NCBI RefSeq assembly: GCF_009914755.1
Contig: NC_060925.1
DNA from: the human T2T-CHM13v2.0 reference genome, Homo sapiens
Strand: one strand, 5' to 3'
Length of the DNA: 64,000 nucleotides
In this document: positions 20,556 through 40,229 of the stretch, piece after piece
Layout: each line of letters starts with the position of its first letter
How positions within the stretch are numbered: the first letter of the stretch is position 1
Translations under genes and position numbers: made by a program
Notes under the pieces: generated by a model
What the model was told of the DNA's origin: nothing
Databases searched by the model: none
Seen by the model: only the letters and a program-made list of their open reading frames with translations

Positions 20556-21924
20556 GCCAAGTATTAACCTCATCTAGTTCTCATTTCCCTCTTTGTAAAA
20601 TTTTGGTCTTGAAGGGTTATTATAAGGATTACTTGAGGTACTTAGAAGTTGCATAACATCAGAAACCAAGTCCGATTTGTTTTCCACAGTGTAACTAGAG
20701 CACTTGGCACAGAATAAGAACTCAATAAGATGAATGTGAAATTACTAACATAGTGTCAGGGTATAGTAAACACTTGATAAATATCAGATTTAGTTCACGA
20801 GACCTCCCAGGGAACAGTTCAGGACATACATAATAGATATCAGAAAGCTGTTGTGGATGGTACAGACCCTGAATGTCACAGGAATTCAGATCAGGAAGGA
20901 TTATGTGGATCGGTTGGTTAGCATGCTTTTTAATTTTTTATTTGTTCAGTGCATCCATCCCACTTAACTGCAGCTGTAACACTGTCATTAGCAGTGTAGG
21001 TAGGAAAAGGATGTGTTCAAAACCATCAATTCTATACTCCAGCCTGGTATATTTACATATGCAGGGAGTTGTACCAGCATTGCCCTGTAGCTCCAAATCC
21101 TCTGCAGATTTAATTACAAAGCTACAAAGTGAGTGCATAAATTATGCACTAAGGCCCATGTTTGGGAAATTACTGTGTAGTCCTGGGAATTAGATAGGAG
21201 ATTAGATCTTTGTAATTGATATACTTCCACTTAAGGGTTGAAACCCTGCAGATCAGTGAGAACTTTGGTCTAAAGACAGTTTGTCTGTGGTTCTGCAGGG
21301 CTAGCTGGACATTTAAACTCCAAACACTAGCTATTGGGAGGCAAAGAACTTTGCAGTTATCCAATCCTGCTCAGGTCTCCCTCTTCAGCTTCATCTCCCC
21401 CATGGGTTCACTTGTCCCATCACATCTGGAAGATGCACAGTAAATATTACCAAGCCTTTTGCCTTTACCTATACTGTTCTCTTTGATGGAATATTCTTCC
21501 CCTCTTCATTCTGGGAAACCCCAAAGAGAGTGCCTGTTTCTAGTAGCTACTCTACAAGCATTAGTTTCTTCTCCCTGAGTAAGAAGGCAAAGGTTTCATG
21601 TCAGTAAGCTCAGCTCAAATACTTTTCCTTGTGAAAGCCCTTCTTACCTTCCTAGGAAGAAGAAAAGAAAAGAAATGCACCTGTATTGGACACCAATTAA
21701 GTACAAGCACTTTGCTGGGTCCTTTGCATTTATCATCTTGTTTAATCCTCAGGGCAATTTTGTGCAGAAGGTATTCTTATCCTTAGTACCTAGGTCAAGA
21801 ACTTGCTGTCTAAATGGTTAAGTAACTTTGCCAAAATCTCTCTGCTAGTCAACAGCAGAGGTGGAAATGGAATCCCGTCTGCCTGGCTGTCTCCCTCAGG
21901 CCAGTCAATTGTTCCATTCTTGGG

Positions 21925-22229
<305 letters not shown>

Positions 22230-22339
22230 AGGGCTCTTAAAATTCTTCCATCCTGCCTCTACCCTAACACATGTCTCACTGTATGGTAATTTATTCGTAT
22301 ACTTTCATAATCCGTCTCGTTCATGAAACATTTTTTTTT

Positions 22340-23133
<794 letters not shown>

Positions 23134-24194
23134 TCACTTAAGTATGAATAAGCATAAGATAAAGTTCCTGCTTTTGTTAACTAGCAATATAATCAAGAAA
23201 ACAAGTTATGTGCTGGTGAAACAAAAATTCACAAAACAGTATCAGGAATAACAGTATTGTATACAGATAAAGTAAATTTACTGAGGCCAAAGCGAATGAG
23301 AACTGAGAACAAGATTTTTAGATTTGGAGAGAAAACGATCTTACAGCTCTATTTAGGGAACTGGATGGGACATTTTAAGTACCTTATGCTATTTCATCCT
23401 CACAAAAACCCAGTGAGGTTCATGATACTGCCTCTCTTTCCTAGAAAGTGGACAAAATCTTAAATAGGTTTAAGTGATTTGCCCTAAGTCACACAGCTGG
23501 GTTATGGCAGAGCCTATTCTATGTTCTGGTCTCTAAGAGTCCTCTTCTTTTTTTATTGTAGTTGTATTATTCTGCGCCAATATTTTAGGAGATACTAGTA
23601 GTTAATATATTTCTCTTTATAGGCAATAAAAACATTTCAGCCGGGGTCTTCTGGCTAAGCCCTGTGGTGTATGTAGTAGAAAAAGTATGTGTCTTGGTTT
23701 GGGTTGGAGTGCAGGCAAATTATTTAGGATATGATATCAGTAAACCCGGGTAGGAGTTGGGTAGTAAGACAGAAGTGAAGATAGTCAATAATGTATACAT
23801 TATTAAGCTAGTTACCATAGTGGGCAATTGGACCTCAGTTATGCTGTGGAACTCTGGGAGACAGTGCAGGGCACATTCAAGGTATCCCAATGGAGGGGTG
23901 AGAAAATTGGGGTATTATTCAACTCCCTATACATCATTGGTTCTGATAACATTAAGTCTCCGAAACTCCCAGCTTGCTCTGTGCACAGGCCAAGCATGTT
24001 CCCTGGTCAGAAAGAAAGAAAGAAAACCAAAATCTTCAGGCAGTGAGCTGCGTGTGTTCCCTATAATAGCCTTCAGTGTCTAGAAGTGAATGCCAGGAAA
24101 ATATGGACAGGAAACCAATAGCATCTGCTACAGAATGTAATGGGACGCAAATACTGCCTCTACCACTTCATTTTACATTTAAAAAAATTCATTA

Positions 24195-24503
<309 letters not shown>

Positions 24504-24528
24504 TTATTGTAAGTCCATCATACACTAA

Positions 24529-25046
<518 letters not shown>

Positions 25047-25229
25047 AGTTAGGTATTTGGGATACTGAGATGAATAAGATTATTCCCCTGTCCTTAAAGC
25101 GTTTACAATCTAATGAACAAGACAAATGTGCAAGCCAATAAAGGCAGGAAATTATTACAAGTGCTACAAGAGCCATTTAAATAAGGGAACTGGGATTTCT
25201 AACTAGCTGGAGAGATAAATCAAGAAAAT

Positions 25230-25975
25230 CAGCCAGGAGCAGTGGCTCACACCTGCAATCCCAGCACTTAGGGAGGCAGAGGCAGGAGGATAGCTTGAGT
25301 CCAGGAATTTGAGACCAGCCTGGGCAACATAGTGAGACCCCATTCCAAAAAACAAGAAGATAAAAAAGAAAATCTTCATAGAAGAGATGACAGACACTTT
25401 AATGGAGTCCTGAAAGATGAGTAGGTATTTTCCAGACATAGAGGAGTAAAGACATTCAACACAGAGAAGACAGAAATAGCAGAAATGTCCCAAGGATCAA
25501 TAATGGCATGAATTTAGGGAACTGGTATCATATTTGGAGGTGGGAAGATAAATGACACAAAAAATAAGTCTGGAAGTAAGGAATTAAATTTTATCTTTTC
25601 CTTAGAAATATGATTGGCTCTCAGCCGGGCACAGTGACTCAGGCTTGTAATCCCAGCACTTTGGGAGGCTGAGGTGGACGGATCACAAGGTCAGGAGTCC
25701 GAGACCAGCCTGGCCAACATAGTGAAACGCTGTCTCCACTAAAAATACAAAAATTAGCTGGGCGTGGTGGCAGGCGCCTGTAATCCCAGCTACTCAGGAG
25801 GGTAGACAGGAGAATTGCTTGAACCTGGGAGGTGGAGGTTGCAGTGAGCCAAGATCAGGCCACTGTACAGAGCTAGACTCCGTCTCAAAAGAAAGAAACA
25901 AAGAAAGAGAGCGAGAGAGAGAGAGAGAGAAAGAAAAAAGAAAAGGAAGGAAAGAAAGGAAAGAAAGAAAGAAAT
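25230..25975 (+). mobile_element. FLAM (25230-25365) and AluS with internal deletion and GA-rich tail (25623-25975)
   Basis: Alu consensus; TSD agaaatatga..ggctctca. Confidence 0.85.
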
Positions 25976-26689
25976 ATGACCGGCTCTCACAGTCAGTGTG
26001 GAGGCTAGGTTTAAGGTAGCAATAGTGGAGTGGATAACGCCAAGCTACTGTAGCAATCCAAGCATTAAATGGTGCAGGTTTGAGACCAGTTAGTAGCAGT
26101 GGACATGGAAAGGAAAGGCTGTGTGATTCCAGTGCAGGCTGGTTTAGGCGCCCCTCTTTGCCCAGAGCACCTTTATCCCTGGCTTGGCATGTGTTGCCGT
26201 GTGTGGCAACACAGACTCTGAGATCCTTGAGGACAGGAACTATGTAAGACTGATCTCTGTATCTTCAGCACTATCTTTAGCACTTCAGGATTCAGCATAG
26301 AATTGCTGTTTACTGAAGGCCACTTGCTTGGAAAAATGTAGTGAATTAATATACTGCAAATTTATGGCTGTGATGATTTGTCTTTAAGTTATGGGGACCT
26401 AGGTGGATATAGAATGAGGAAGAGGGCATGAGAATTCTGCAAGACTTCTGGTTGGCACAGAAGGCTGTTGCAATCTGACAGGATGTCCCTGTTTGAACAA
26501 TAATGCTGCTTATTTCAGCTCTTTAAGGAGGCAGGCACATGATTATAAATGGCAAATGCCTGGCAAATTCAGAGCTGACATAATTACCTGGTGGTACTTT
26601 TTTAAAATATATTTTTTATCCTTTACAAAATGGCTTTTTAAGTAGTTACAAGTACAATGTCTGTTACTTGTAGAAAATTTGGAAAACAT

Positions 26690-27383
<694 letters not shown>

Positions 27384-27626
27384 TACAGATGTTTTTCTGT
27401 AGTATATCTATGTAATCTTCTGGGTAGATAGGTATATTTTTTATAAAATTGGAATCATACTGTGTGTGTATATATGCACACAACTTTCCATCCTCCCAGC
27501 TCTCTTATTCCCACTAAGTCTCTCTTTAACCTCAAAGGAGATCCAATTCAATCTCTTGGCTTCTTCCTCCTAATCTATTCTCCTTTCCTGCCATAATCAG
27601 CCTAGATCTCATCAGCTATGTCTATC

Positions 27627-28654
27627 TGTTAGCAGCAGTGAATCCATACGGGTTTGCAGCAAGCTCAATTCTCACCTCCTTGGAGGAAAGAATTTGGCCA
27701 AGGGGCATATGGCACAGTGAGAGACTGACTGAAGTTTTAGAGCAGGAATGAAAGTTTATTAAAAAATTTTAGAGGAGGAACGAAAGGAAGTACACTTGGA
27801 AGAGGGCCAAGTGGATGACTTGAGAAATCCAAGTGCCCCATCTGACCCCTGACTTGGGGTTTTATACATTGGCATGGTTCCAGGACTTGCATCTCTCCTC
27901 TCTTGATTTTCCTTGGGGCAGGCTGTCCGCATGCACACTGGCCTGCCAGCACTTGGGCGGGCCGCATACACTGTATTTACTGAAGTTGTGCATATGCTCA
28001 TTTAAGGCGTTTTTCCCTTACCAGTCTAGTGTTCCTAGAGGAAGGTCATATACAAGTTAAACTCCACCATTTTGCCTCTTAGTGTGCATGCTTGAGCCCA
28101 CTCATCCAACTCCTGAGATCTTCTCAGGAAGCTGCTGATCATCAGCCTCAAGTGTCTTCTGTCTGTTGGGAGACTGCCTTTCCCTGGCACCAGCTGCGAC
28201 CAATTATTATTTTATTTAATTAATTATTTTTTGAGACGGAGTCTCACTCTGTCACCCAGACTAGAGTGCAGTGGTGCAATCTCAGCTCACTGCAAGCTCT
28301 GACTCCTGGGTTCAAGTGATTCTCTTGCCTCAGCCTCCCCAGTAGCTGGGATTACAGGAGTGTGCCACCATGCCCAGCTAATTTTTTTTTTTTTTATTTT
28401 TAGTAGAGAAAGGGTTTCACCATGTTGGCCTGGCTGGTCTGAAACTCCTGACCTCAAGGAGTGATCCACCCACCTCAGCCTCCCAAAATGCTAGGATTAC
28501 AGGCATGAGCCACCACAACTGGCCTTCAATGATTATTTTAGAGAGATAGTTTAACAATCTCCTGACCATCATCTGATGGTCACCTGACATTCCTGGATTG
28601 GGGGGGGGGGGCTTTCCTGCCCTGCTCTTGTCCGCCTAACTACCTACTCTAACA
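27627..28654 (-). mobile_element. MER50-type ERV1 solo LTR interrupted by an antisense AluS (about 28215-28524)
   Basis: TG...CA termini; the minus strand starts tgttagagtaggtagttagg..agagcagggcagg; AATAAA near the LTR 3' end; Alu TSD caat.attatttta. Confidence 0.8.
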
Positions 28655-29265
28655 TATAGGCTAACCAGCTACTCTCAACTTCTTCCTTCCTCCACCTACC
28701 TTATAAATCTCTCTCACCTTGGATAATTCCAGTGATGCACCTCCTGTGTTCCTAGACACAGGCTGCTGAGAATTGCTGGGGGAAAAAAAAAATCCCTCAA
28801 CCATTCAAAACAAGATAAGCCAGTGCTACCAATAGTTTGTATGTTTAAACTCAGAGGGACCCTTATTGCTACTTCCATCCCTTTTTTTTTCACTTCACAG
28901 AGCCCTTCCCTCTTGCCTTTTACACTTCATCACCTTCTTAAAGTTCACTGTCTAATTCTATGACCTCCCCTTCCCCCTTCCTATCTGTTAATGACCTAAT
29001 TCATATAGAAATAGAGTTCACCAAGGAGAATGCCTCTTAATTTCCTGCATTTGATCTTGAAGTATTTTCCGTAGGCCTTAGCTTTCTCAAGCCTCTCTCA
29101 TTTTTCCCCATTCTAATTATTGATTCTTAATCTTTTTTCCTGGTTTCTCTTCTTTTTCCTCTTCTTTAAATTTTGCTGTCCTCTAGGGTTCCATCCTGAA
29201 CCATACACTCTATCCACATTCCCTGATCTCAATGCTTCCTATGCCTTCAGCTACCTTCTCTCTCC

Positions 29266-30414
<1,149 letters not shown>

Positions 30415-31611
30415 TTAATTCAGATCATCTTCACAAACATTCAACATGGGCTGCTATGCCCCAGGCAGTATTGTTATATTGGAGATAGAGAGGTGAATAA
30501 GTCACTGACCTCAATGAGATTTTAGCTGGAGAAGCTACTTTTTCCTTGACTATCATTTATTCAAGAAAGTGGCTTGGGAGAATTAGCTCCCTAATCTCTA
30601 TGAGCTCCTCTCAGCCAACCCAAATAAGTACAAAGCGTAAGTAAAAATGGTTTCTGGCAATCCAGCTTCCCTAGCCTTCCCTGACCCTTTTATTCAGATT
30701 GCCTGCTGCTGCTAAGCAGATTGCCTGCGGCTTTGTGTTCCATGTTGTCTACGTGAGGCACTGTGCTAAGCTTGTGGATGCACATATGACTGAGTCCTCA
30801 AAGAACCCAAGAGATAGGAGAACCAGGCACTCAATGAGTAGATGCAATAGGTTGTCCCAGACACTGTTACATGTTTGTTCAGGGTGTAGATGGGGCTGTA
30901 AAGAATGAAAGGTCACTTCCATCTGTGAAGGAGGGTGTTTGTAAAATGTTTAAAGCCCGAGGTAGCTGAGATGTGGGTCTCCAAGGGGACACTGGAAGGA
31001 GAAGACAAAAGATCAGTTCATTCCTCTTTTCTTTCCTTAGAACACTTACAGAACCTAAATCTCCTAAAATATTTTCTCTCCCTTTCTCAACTCTCTTTTG
31101 CCTGAAAATCATAGCTTTTCCTAAACTTGATGTTTCACTTTCTTGCTCTGTAGCTAGTGGAAAGGGTGAAAAAAAAAAAAACAGGACTGTGAACAAAACA
31201 GGCTATGCCTTATTTTGCTTCTACCAAATATAAGCATGATCTTGTTTCCTCTACACCCAGCAAAGGACAGTCAATGTCTTGTAGGTTTCTGTGTTTTTCC
31301 TTAATAAAACAACACTGTAGGAATGTTGTTTTATTTGATGCTCGACAAATACCAATTAAGAAACATGACAACAATAACAGCAATAACAAAAAGCAGTTGG
31401 TGTGAAGTTTAGGAAGAGAAGACAGCAAACCAACAACAACAGAATGCATTATGAAGTAATTTGTACCTACACTCTTGGCTGTGAAAAGTTGGAAATAATT
31501 TTTGCTAGAAACTAAGGGAAAAAATTAATGGTCTAAACAGCTGTGTAAAGGAAGGAAACTTCCTATGGAGAAACACAAGCCATTCTTGTTCTTCCTTTTT
31601 AAAAACAAAAC

Positions 31612-31935
<324 letters not shown>

Positions 31936-32695
31936 AACTTGGCTAAATGATTATTCAGTTACAAAAGTTAGAAACCTTGGTATTATCTCTGATTCTCCTT
32001 ACTCCCTCCTCATTTAATTCCATTGCTTAGTGAGTTTTAAAATCTTATCTCCAAAATGTTTCTCAATAAATATACAGAATAGTATCTTTCCTATTCTTCA
32101 TCCATGCTGTCATTGTCCAAACTGAAACTCTCTATTGCTTGATTAGCTTTTTAAAACTCTCTTTGTCTTCTTATCTCATCTTGCTCCTCTCCATTTTGTC
32201 CTCAGTTTTGCTGCCAGAATGGTCTTTCAAAAATCATGTCTTTAATATTTATTGATATTCTGAATGGCAGGATGAATCTGTCCCAGCTCCTGTCCTTGAC
32301 GAGTTTTTGATGTTTTACGGTTAACATTGACTCTACCTTTCAGTTCTGAGTCTAGTCCTTTTTTTCTGCTATGCATCAGCTGCCACATCATTTCCACAAG
32401 ATGCCAGTCACTGAGGAATGTAGGAACTATAGCCGATGTGTCTCCACCACGTGTAACTTTAGCTAATTATTTAAAGAATGTAGTTTGACACTTTGTGTAG
32501 AATGTAGAAAAAGTGCTGTGGAAATGGACATGGTTTTATGAGTCAAGAACTGCACTTGATCCTGGCTTTCCCTGATGACCTGTGTTTTGACATTTGAAGC
32601 TAAGTAGAGCCTGCTGATGCCTGGTGACCCTGATGAAAGTTAAAACTGATTTAGAAGTTGATGATGTTGCCTGTGTCATGTCCAAGACATTTATT

Positions 32696-32733
32696 TACTA
32701 CACTTAATCTTAGCCAAATAACTGAGAAGTGAT
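32696..32733 (-). pseudogene. U2 snRNA 5'-fragment retrocopy (nt 1-38)
   Basis: Minus strand ATCACTTCTCAGTTATTTGGCTAAGATTAAGTGTAGTA vs U2 ATCGCTTCTCGGCCTTTTGGCTAAGATCAAGTGTAGTA (32/38); 12-bp TSD caagacatttat at 32683-32694 and 32734-32745. Confidence 0.9.
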
Positions 32734-33647
32734 CAAGACATTTATACATAAACAATGAAGATATAGCTTGCTGCTGGGGTGAAATGGATCTGGCATGCAA
32801 AGACCTAGATTCTAATTCTGGTTCTGCTGTTTACTAGTTGTGTGACTTTTGGCAAGCCACTAAATAACTCTGTGTTCTAGTGTCCTCATATTTAAAACGG
32901 GTGTGATAGTACAAATCTTGAAGGATTGTTGAGGGGAATAAAGGAAACAACGTAACTCATGGAGTTTAGCACAATCCTTGAAACCTTTTGGTCAGTTTCA
33001 ATGGAACAGATAATTCAGATCAAACAATAATTATTAAGCACCTTCTGTGTGCCAAGAACTGGGCTAGTTTCTAGGACTACAAAGATAAGGCCTGGTTCCT
33101 GCTGTTAAGAAGCTAATGGAGGGATACTAATGAACACTATGTAAATTTTTTAACTCAATCTGAGTCATGATGTTTCAAGATCCCCACAGTTTGCTTATCC
33201 CAAAAGACATCCGCAACATGAGCTATTCTGCTGATTAGTCTGGAACATCAAGTTTCTATAGGAAGTGTATAGTGTGTTTTGAGGAGGCCATGTAGCATGA
33301 TGAAAAGACAGGTATGTGTTTATATGGACTCAGATACTCGTTAATTCACTAATTAATACTCTCAGGTACCTGGGTAAGTTTGTTCATTTCTTTGAATCTC
33401 AGTTTCCTTATTTGTAAAATGTGGAGATTAAAATACTCACAGAGTTATTGTGATGGTTAAAAGTGATAAGATATATAACATTCCTGGCACAGTCCCTGGC
33501 ATAGGGTAGATAATAAATGGTGGAATTAATAAGAAAAAAAATATCCAAAAAGAAACAGAAATGGCTTTGTACCACACTCAGTTGCATGCATGTTTCATGT
33601 CCTGGTTAGCTCCTGAATAGGAACCATGTCTCTTAAACCAAGCCTTG

Positions 33648-36208
<2,561 letters not shown>

Positions 36209-36229
36209 AATAAATGCTTAAATTGCCCC

Positions 36230-36690
36230 TGTAGGCTGTTAGTGATCTATCCCTACTTCTTTGACCTTATCTCCCACCACTTTCTCCCTGGCTCACTGCT
36301 CCACGCACACTGACCTCCTTGTTGATCCCTCAAGATGCCACGCTCACTCCTAACATTTGGTCTTTGCATTTGCTATTCCTTCGTCTTGGAAGGCTCTTCC
36401 ACCAGGCTCCCTCCTTCGCTTTCTTCAGGTCTTTGCTTAAAAGTTACCTTTTCACTCAGGCCTTCCCTGTTTGGGAATTTAAAATAGCAGTCCCAGCGCT
36501 CTCTCCTTCCTTGCTTATGTTTTTCTCCATAGCATTTATGATTTTTTAATGTACGATATAATTTACTATTTATTTTACCATTCCCCTCACCTGTCATGAA
36601 GGCTCTGTTGTATCCCCAATGTCTAGAAGAATGCCTAGCACAAAACAGCGAATATTTATTAAATGAATGGATTTGTGGAATGAATGCATA
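36230..36690 (+). mobile_element. L2a 3' end just upstream of the OSBPL9 promoter
   Basis: ggtctttgcatttgct.ttcc ... ctagaagaatgcctagcaca..aatatttattaaatgaatg. Confidence 0.75.
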
Positions 36691-36829
36691 AATGAATATC
36701 AGATATGAAATCTTTTGGAAGTGGAAGGTATCATGGCCAGTAAAATTATTTATTAATATGTTCATAATCTTTTTTCTTTACTCTAATCCCATGACAGATT
36801 ATAAATAATCTTAATAGCAGTATTCACGT

Positions 36830-37800
36830 TTGCATTCTCGCATCCGTGGCATGGAGTCCTACACACAATAGGCGCCCTAAGAAAGCGTGTTTGACTTGAT
36901 CGCTGGAGCATCTGCCGGCACCGCCCAGGACCCGCCCAGGACCCGCCCCGCCCCCTGCGGCCCCGCCCCCCGCATGCTGAATGCCATATAGGCGAGTGAC
37001 GTCAGGCCGTTTGTTGTCATTGGCGGCTCCCAAGATGGCGTCCATCATGGAAGGGCCGCTGAGCAAATGGACTAACGTGATGAAGGGCTGGCAGTACCGT
37101 TGGTTCGTGCTGGACTACAATGCAGGACTGCTCTCCTACTACACGGTGAGTCCTTGGAGGGCACAGCTCCAGGCGCCTCGGGGCCGCGTTTCCTGGGTGG
37201 AGGTGGGGGACCGGGGTTTTAGGTGGCTGAGTTGAGGTTGCTAGTCTGGGGGTGCCGCCGTACGCGAGGGTTCCCTTGTTGGGGAGGGTTTTACGTCTCG
37301 GATAGCCAATGAGGGTGAGGGAGAGAGGGGCGCAGCCAATAAATAGAAACTAGCTGTCTGATTTATGGGTTGGGGGTGAGCCAAGTTTCTTTCTTAGGGT
37401 CCGCTATTAAGCGGTAGTGGGGTCCAGCATGGTTGTGAGCGGGTAAGGGTGATCGTAGTCATGGCTTAAAAGGTCCAGTCTTGCGGTTCATGCTGTCTTC
37501 ATATGTTGTCATGGACTTTACACTGTCCCACCAAGGCCCTGTAGCCGGCCGCACCCCTTAGCTTCCCTCCAGGGATTGAAGAGCTCTGCTTCCTCGGAGG
37601 AGTGGCCAGAGGAGCCGGGACAGGTCCAAAAGTGACCAGCCCTCGGGCAACACCAGGGGGTCCGAAATCCCTCCAGTCGGTTCAGGTTGTGTGTCTCATT
37701 CAAGGGACGCACCCCTCTATTTAGCGGGAGGCGAGCTCAAACGACGCCTTAACTTTTGAGAGCCAAGGATTTCCTACACGCGAGACTCTTGTCAGCGAAG
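36830..37800 (+). promoter_or_regulatory. OSBPL9: CpG island/promoter of OSBPL9: GC boxes (about 36920-36972), full CRE TGACGTCA (36997-37004), YY1-type CAAGATGGCG overlapping the start codon
   Basis: High GC and CpG content; motifs read directly from the sequence. Confidence 0.85.
37035..37145 (+). CDS. OSBPL9: OSBPL9 (ORP9L) first coding exon, N-terminal part of the PH domain: [37 protein letters not shown]
   Basis: Strong Kozak aagATGG; OSBP-family PH motif EGxLxKWTNxxxGWQxRWFVL; 111 nt, phase-0 donor ACG|GTGAGT. Confidence 0.96.
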
Positions 37801-37920
37801 AGAGACAAGTGATAGTGCAGTGTCCCCTTACAGTTACATTCTGGGTTCAGGGCTTCACTGTTGTTAACATGAGTTGGTGGCCGTGGAAAAGTAGATGAAT
37901 TGCTGTGAATCTTACGTGGT

Positions 37921-38243
<323 letters not shown>

Positions 38244-40229
38244 TGAATCTTATGTTTTGACTATCCCCTCCACCCTCATCGCATTCGATATGGAGAGTAG
38301 GTGGTATTAGGGAGATAACTTACTTAGAAAGGTACTTTCTCTGAATGGTGTATAGTTGACGATAGCCGATATGAGGGAAGAAAATACATAAGAGGACAAA
38401 ATAGAATGCCCAGAAAGCTTTAGAAAATAATAGAAGACAGAAAGAAAAACATGATTATGGAAGAAGGATTAAGGTTGATGAGAGAAAGGGGACACTGAAT
38501 TTATTTGTTCATTTAAAAAATATTATTGAGCTGCTATGTGCGTTTTCATGCCAGCAAGAATAGACAGTAAAAAAGACATTCACTGTTCCTCTTCTCTGGA
38601 GCTTATATACTAGCTTGGTGAGTCCTTTAATTCATTTCACTCCTAATAACTCTGCAAGGTGGTTATTCATTATCTCCATTTAATATCCCCAGTTACAGTT
38701 TTGAAATCTGAGGCTCCAGGCTTTTAAAGCAATTTGCTCAACATCACATAGCACTAAGTGATGGAATCAGGATGCCAAATTATTGACTTTTTCTACTAAA
38801 CTTCGCTTTCACTACAGGAAGGAGAAAAGTGTAAGTTGTGAGTTACTAAAGGCAAGCTTGCAAGAGTAAAAGTATTACTTTCATCATCCTTCAACTATCA
38901 GCTTTCTTTCTCTACATAGTTTTTAAAGGGAAAAAGACTAAACCTTAATGAGTCTTAAACACATTGTTCAAGATTGTCTTTAGGTGGGCATGAAAGAGAG
39001 GCAACTGAATATTATGTCCTGAAAACTCTGGAATTATGAAACCCATGGCTTAGATAAAGGAAAAGTAATATTGGGTTTAAGTAGATGTGATAATCAGAAA
39101 ATCCCGTAAACTCTATTCAAGATAGAGTGATTTCAGTGAGTGACACTATGCAGTTAAGTTACTTTACAAATCCCAAATTTGTGTGGATCTGAATCTAGGA
39201 CCATACTGGAGAGGCCCCCAGCTGAGGTTCTTGGGAATGCCTAGCCCAGAAAGAATCTTCCTTTTTCCTCTTTTTCTTCTTTTCATGTATCCTTTTTCTG
39301 CTTTGTTGCCCTTTCAGTTTTTGAATACTTGGACAAATATCTCTTTTCTTGCTGGCTAAATATAGGGTTTAAAAAAATACTTTTTTCCCCCTCAATGCTT
39401 ATCCTTCTTTTTGAGACTAGATTCCCTAAAATATTATCCTTGCCAGAGGAAGGAAGTATCATATTTCTCACTAACAGCTGTTTAGAAGATTTTTTTTCTT
39501 TTCTAGTTCCTTGATATTGAAGTATTTGCTTACAGAGAAACAACAGACAATTGTTGTACCATCTTGTGAAAATAAAATGATACCCAATCTCAAATTAGAG
39601 GAGGTCTAGTGAAGAGGGGAAAAGGATAGATATTTACTTAAAAGGGAAGGTAGGAGACACATTGGATATTGGCAATGAATTCTACACACATGACATTATT
39701 TCAGTCCATTCGGATTCTGAAGGATTTGAAGGTACATATTAATGATTTGCATGTGGCTAATAACTTGGAGCTACATCTTCCAGGAAGAATATCTGAATTA
39801 GTTGTGTAGCCTTCCAAGCAAGGCAGTGAATAGCATAACTTTATTTCTTGTTTCCAAAATCACTTGGCCTGTAGTCTGTCTCTGTGGTTGTTAATATATT
39901 CTAGGGTGGTTCTGAAAACCCTGAACTAAACTAGAGTGACCTTGCTTTAGAGTTGGCTTTACTGAGAATTGTTCTTGAGGTAATCTCAGGATTGGGTTAG
40001 GATCATTGCGATAGTTGTGAACTGAATAGATTTACACAAGCCTCACCTTAGTTGAATTTTTATTAGATGAAATGGCCAGGGAGAACTAAGGATATAAATT
40101 TAGGAACACTATGTGAGCAACCAATTGTTTATGTGGCTTATGATCACAAAAGAAGATATGGAAGGAAGGAAATTGGGGGAGTTATAGATCTATGAGGAAT
40201 TGGAAGTTTAGAAAGAGGAGTTTGTGCCT

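Noticed and set aside
30695-30728. Direct repeat cagattgcctgc x2
   Set aside because: 12-bp micro-duplication with a 10-nt spacer; not distinguishable from ordinary slippage
36984-36992. CCATATAGG as a CArG box
   Set aside because: Only 5 A/T bases between CC and GG; the SRF consensus needs 6
36981-37034. In-frame upstream ATG giving an 18-aa N-terminal extension of OSBPL9, plus a 5-codon uORF at 36974
   Set aside because: Weak context, and it lies among the promoter elements (upstream of the CRE), so it is probably 5' of the main TSS; the ATG at 37035 has strong Kozak context and matches the known N-terminus
37146-37235. Continuation of the OSBPL9 ORF (VSPWRAQL...)
   Set aside because: Read-through past the GTGAGT donor into intron 1
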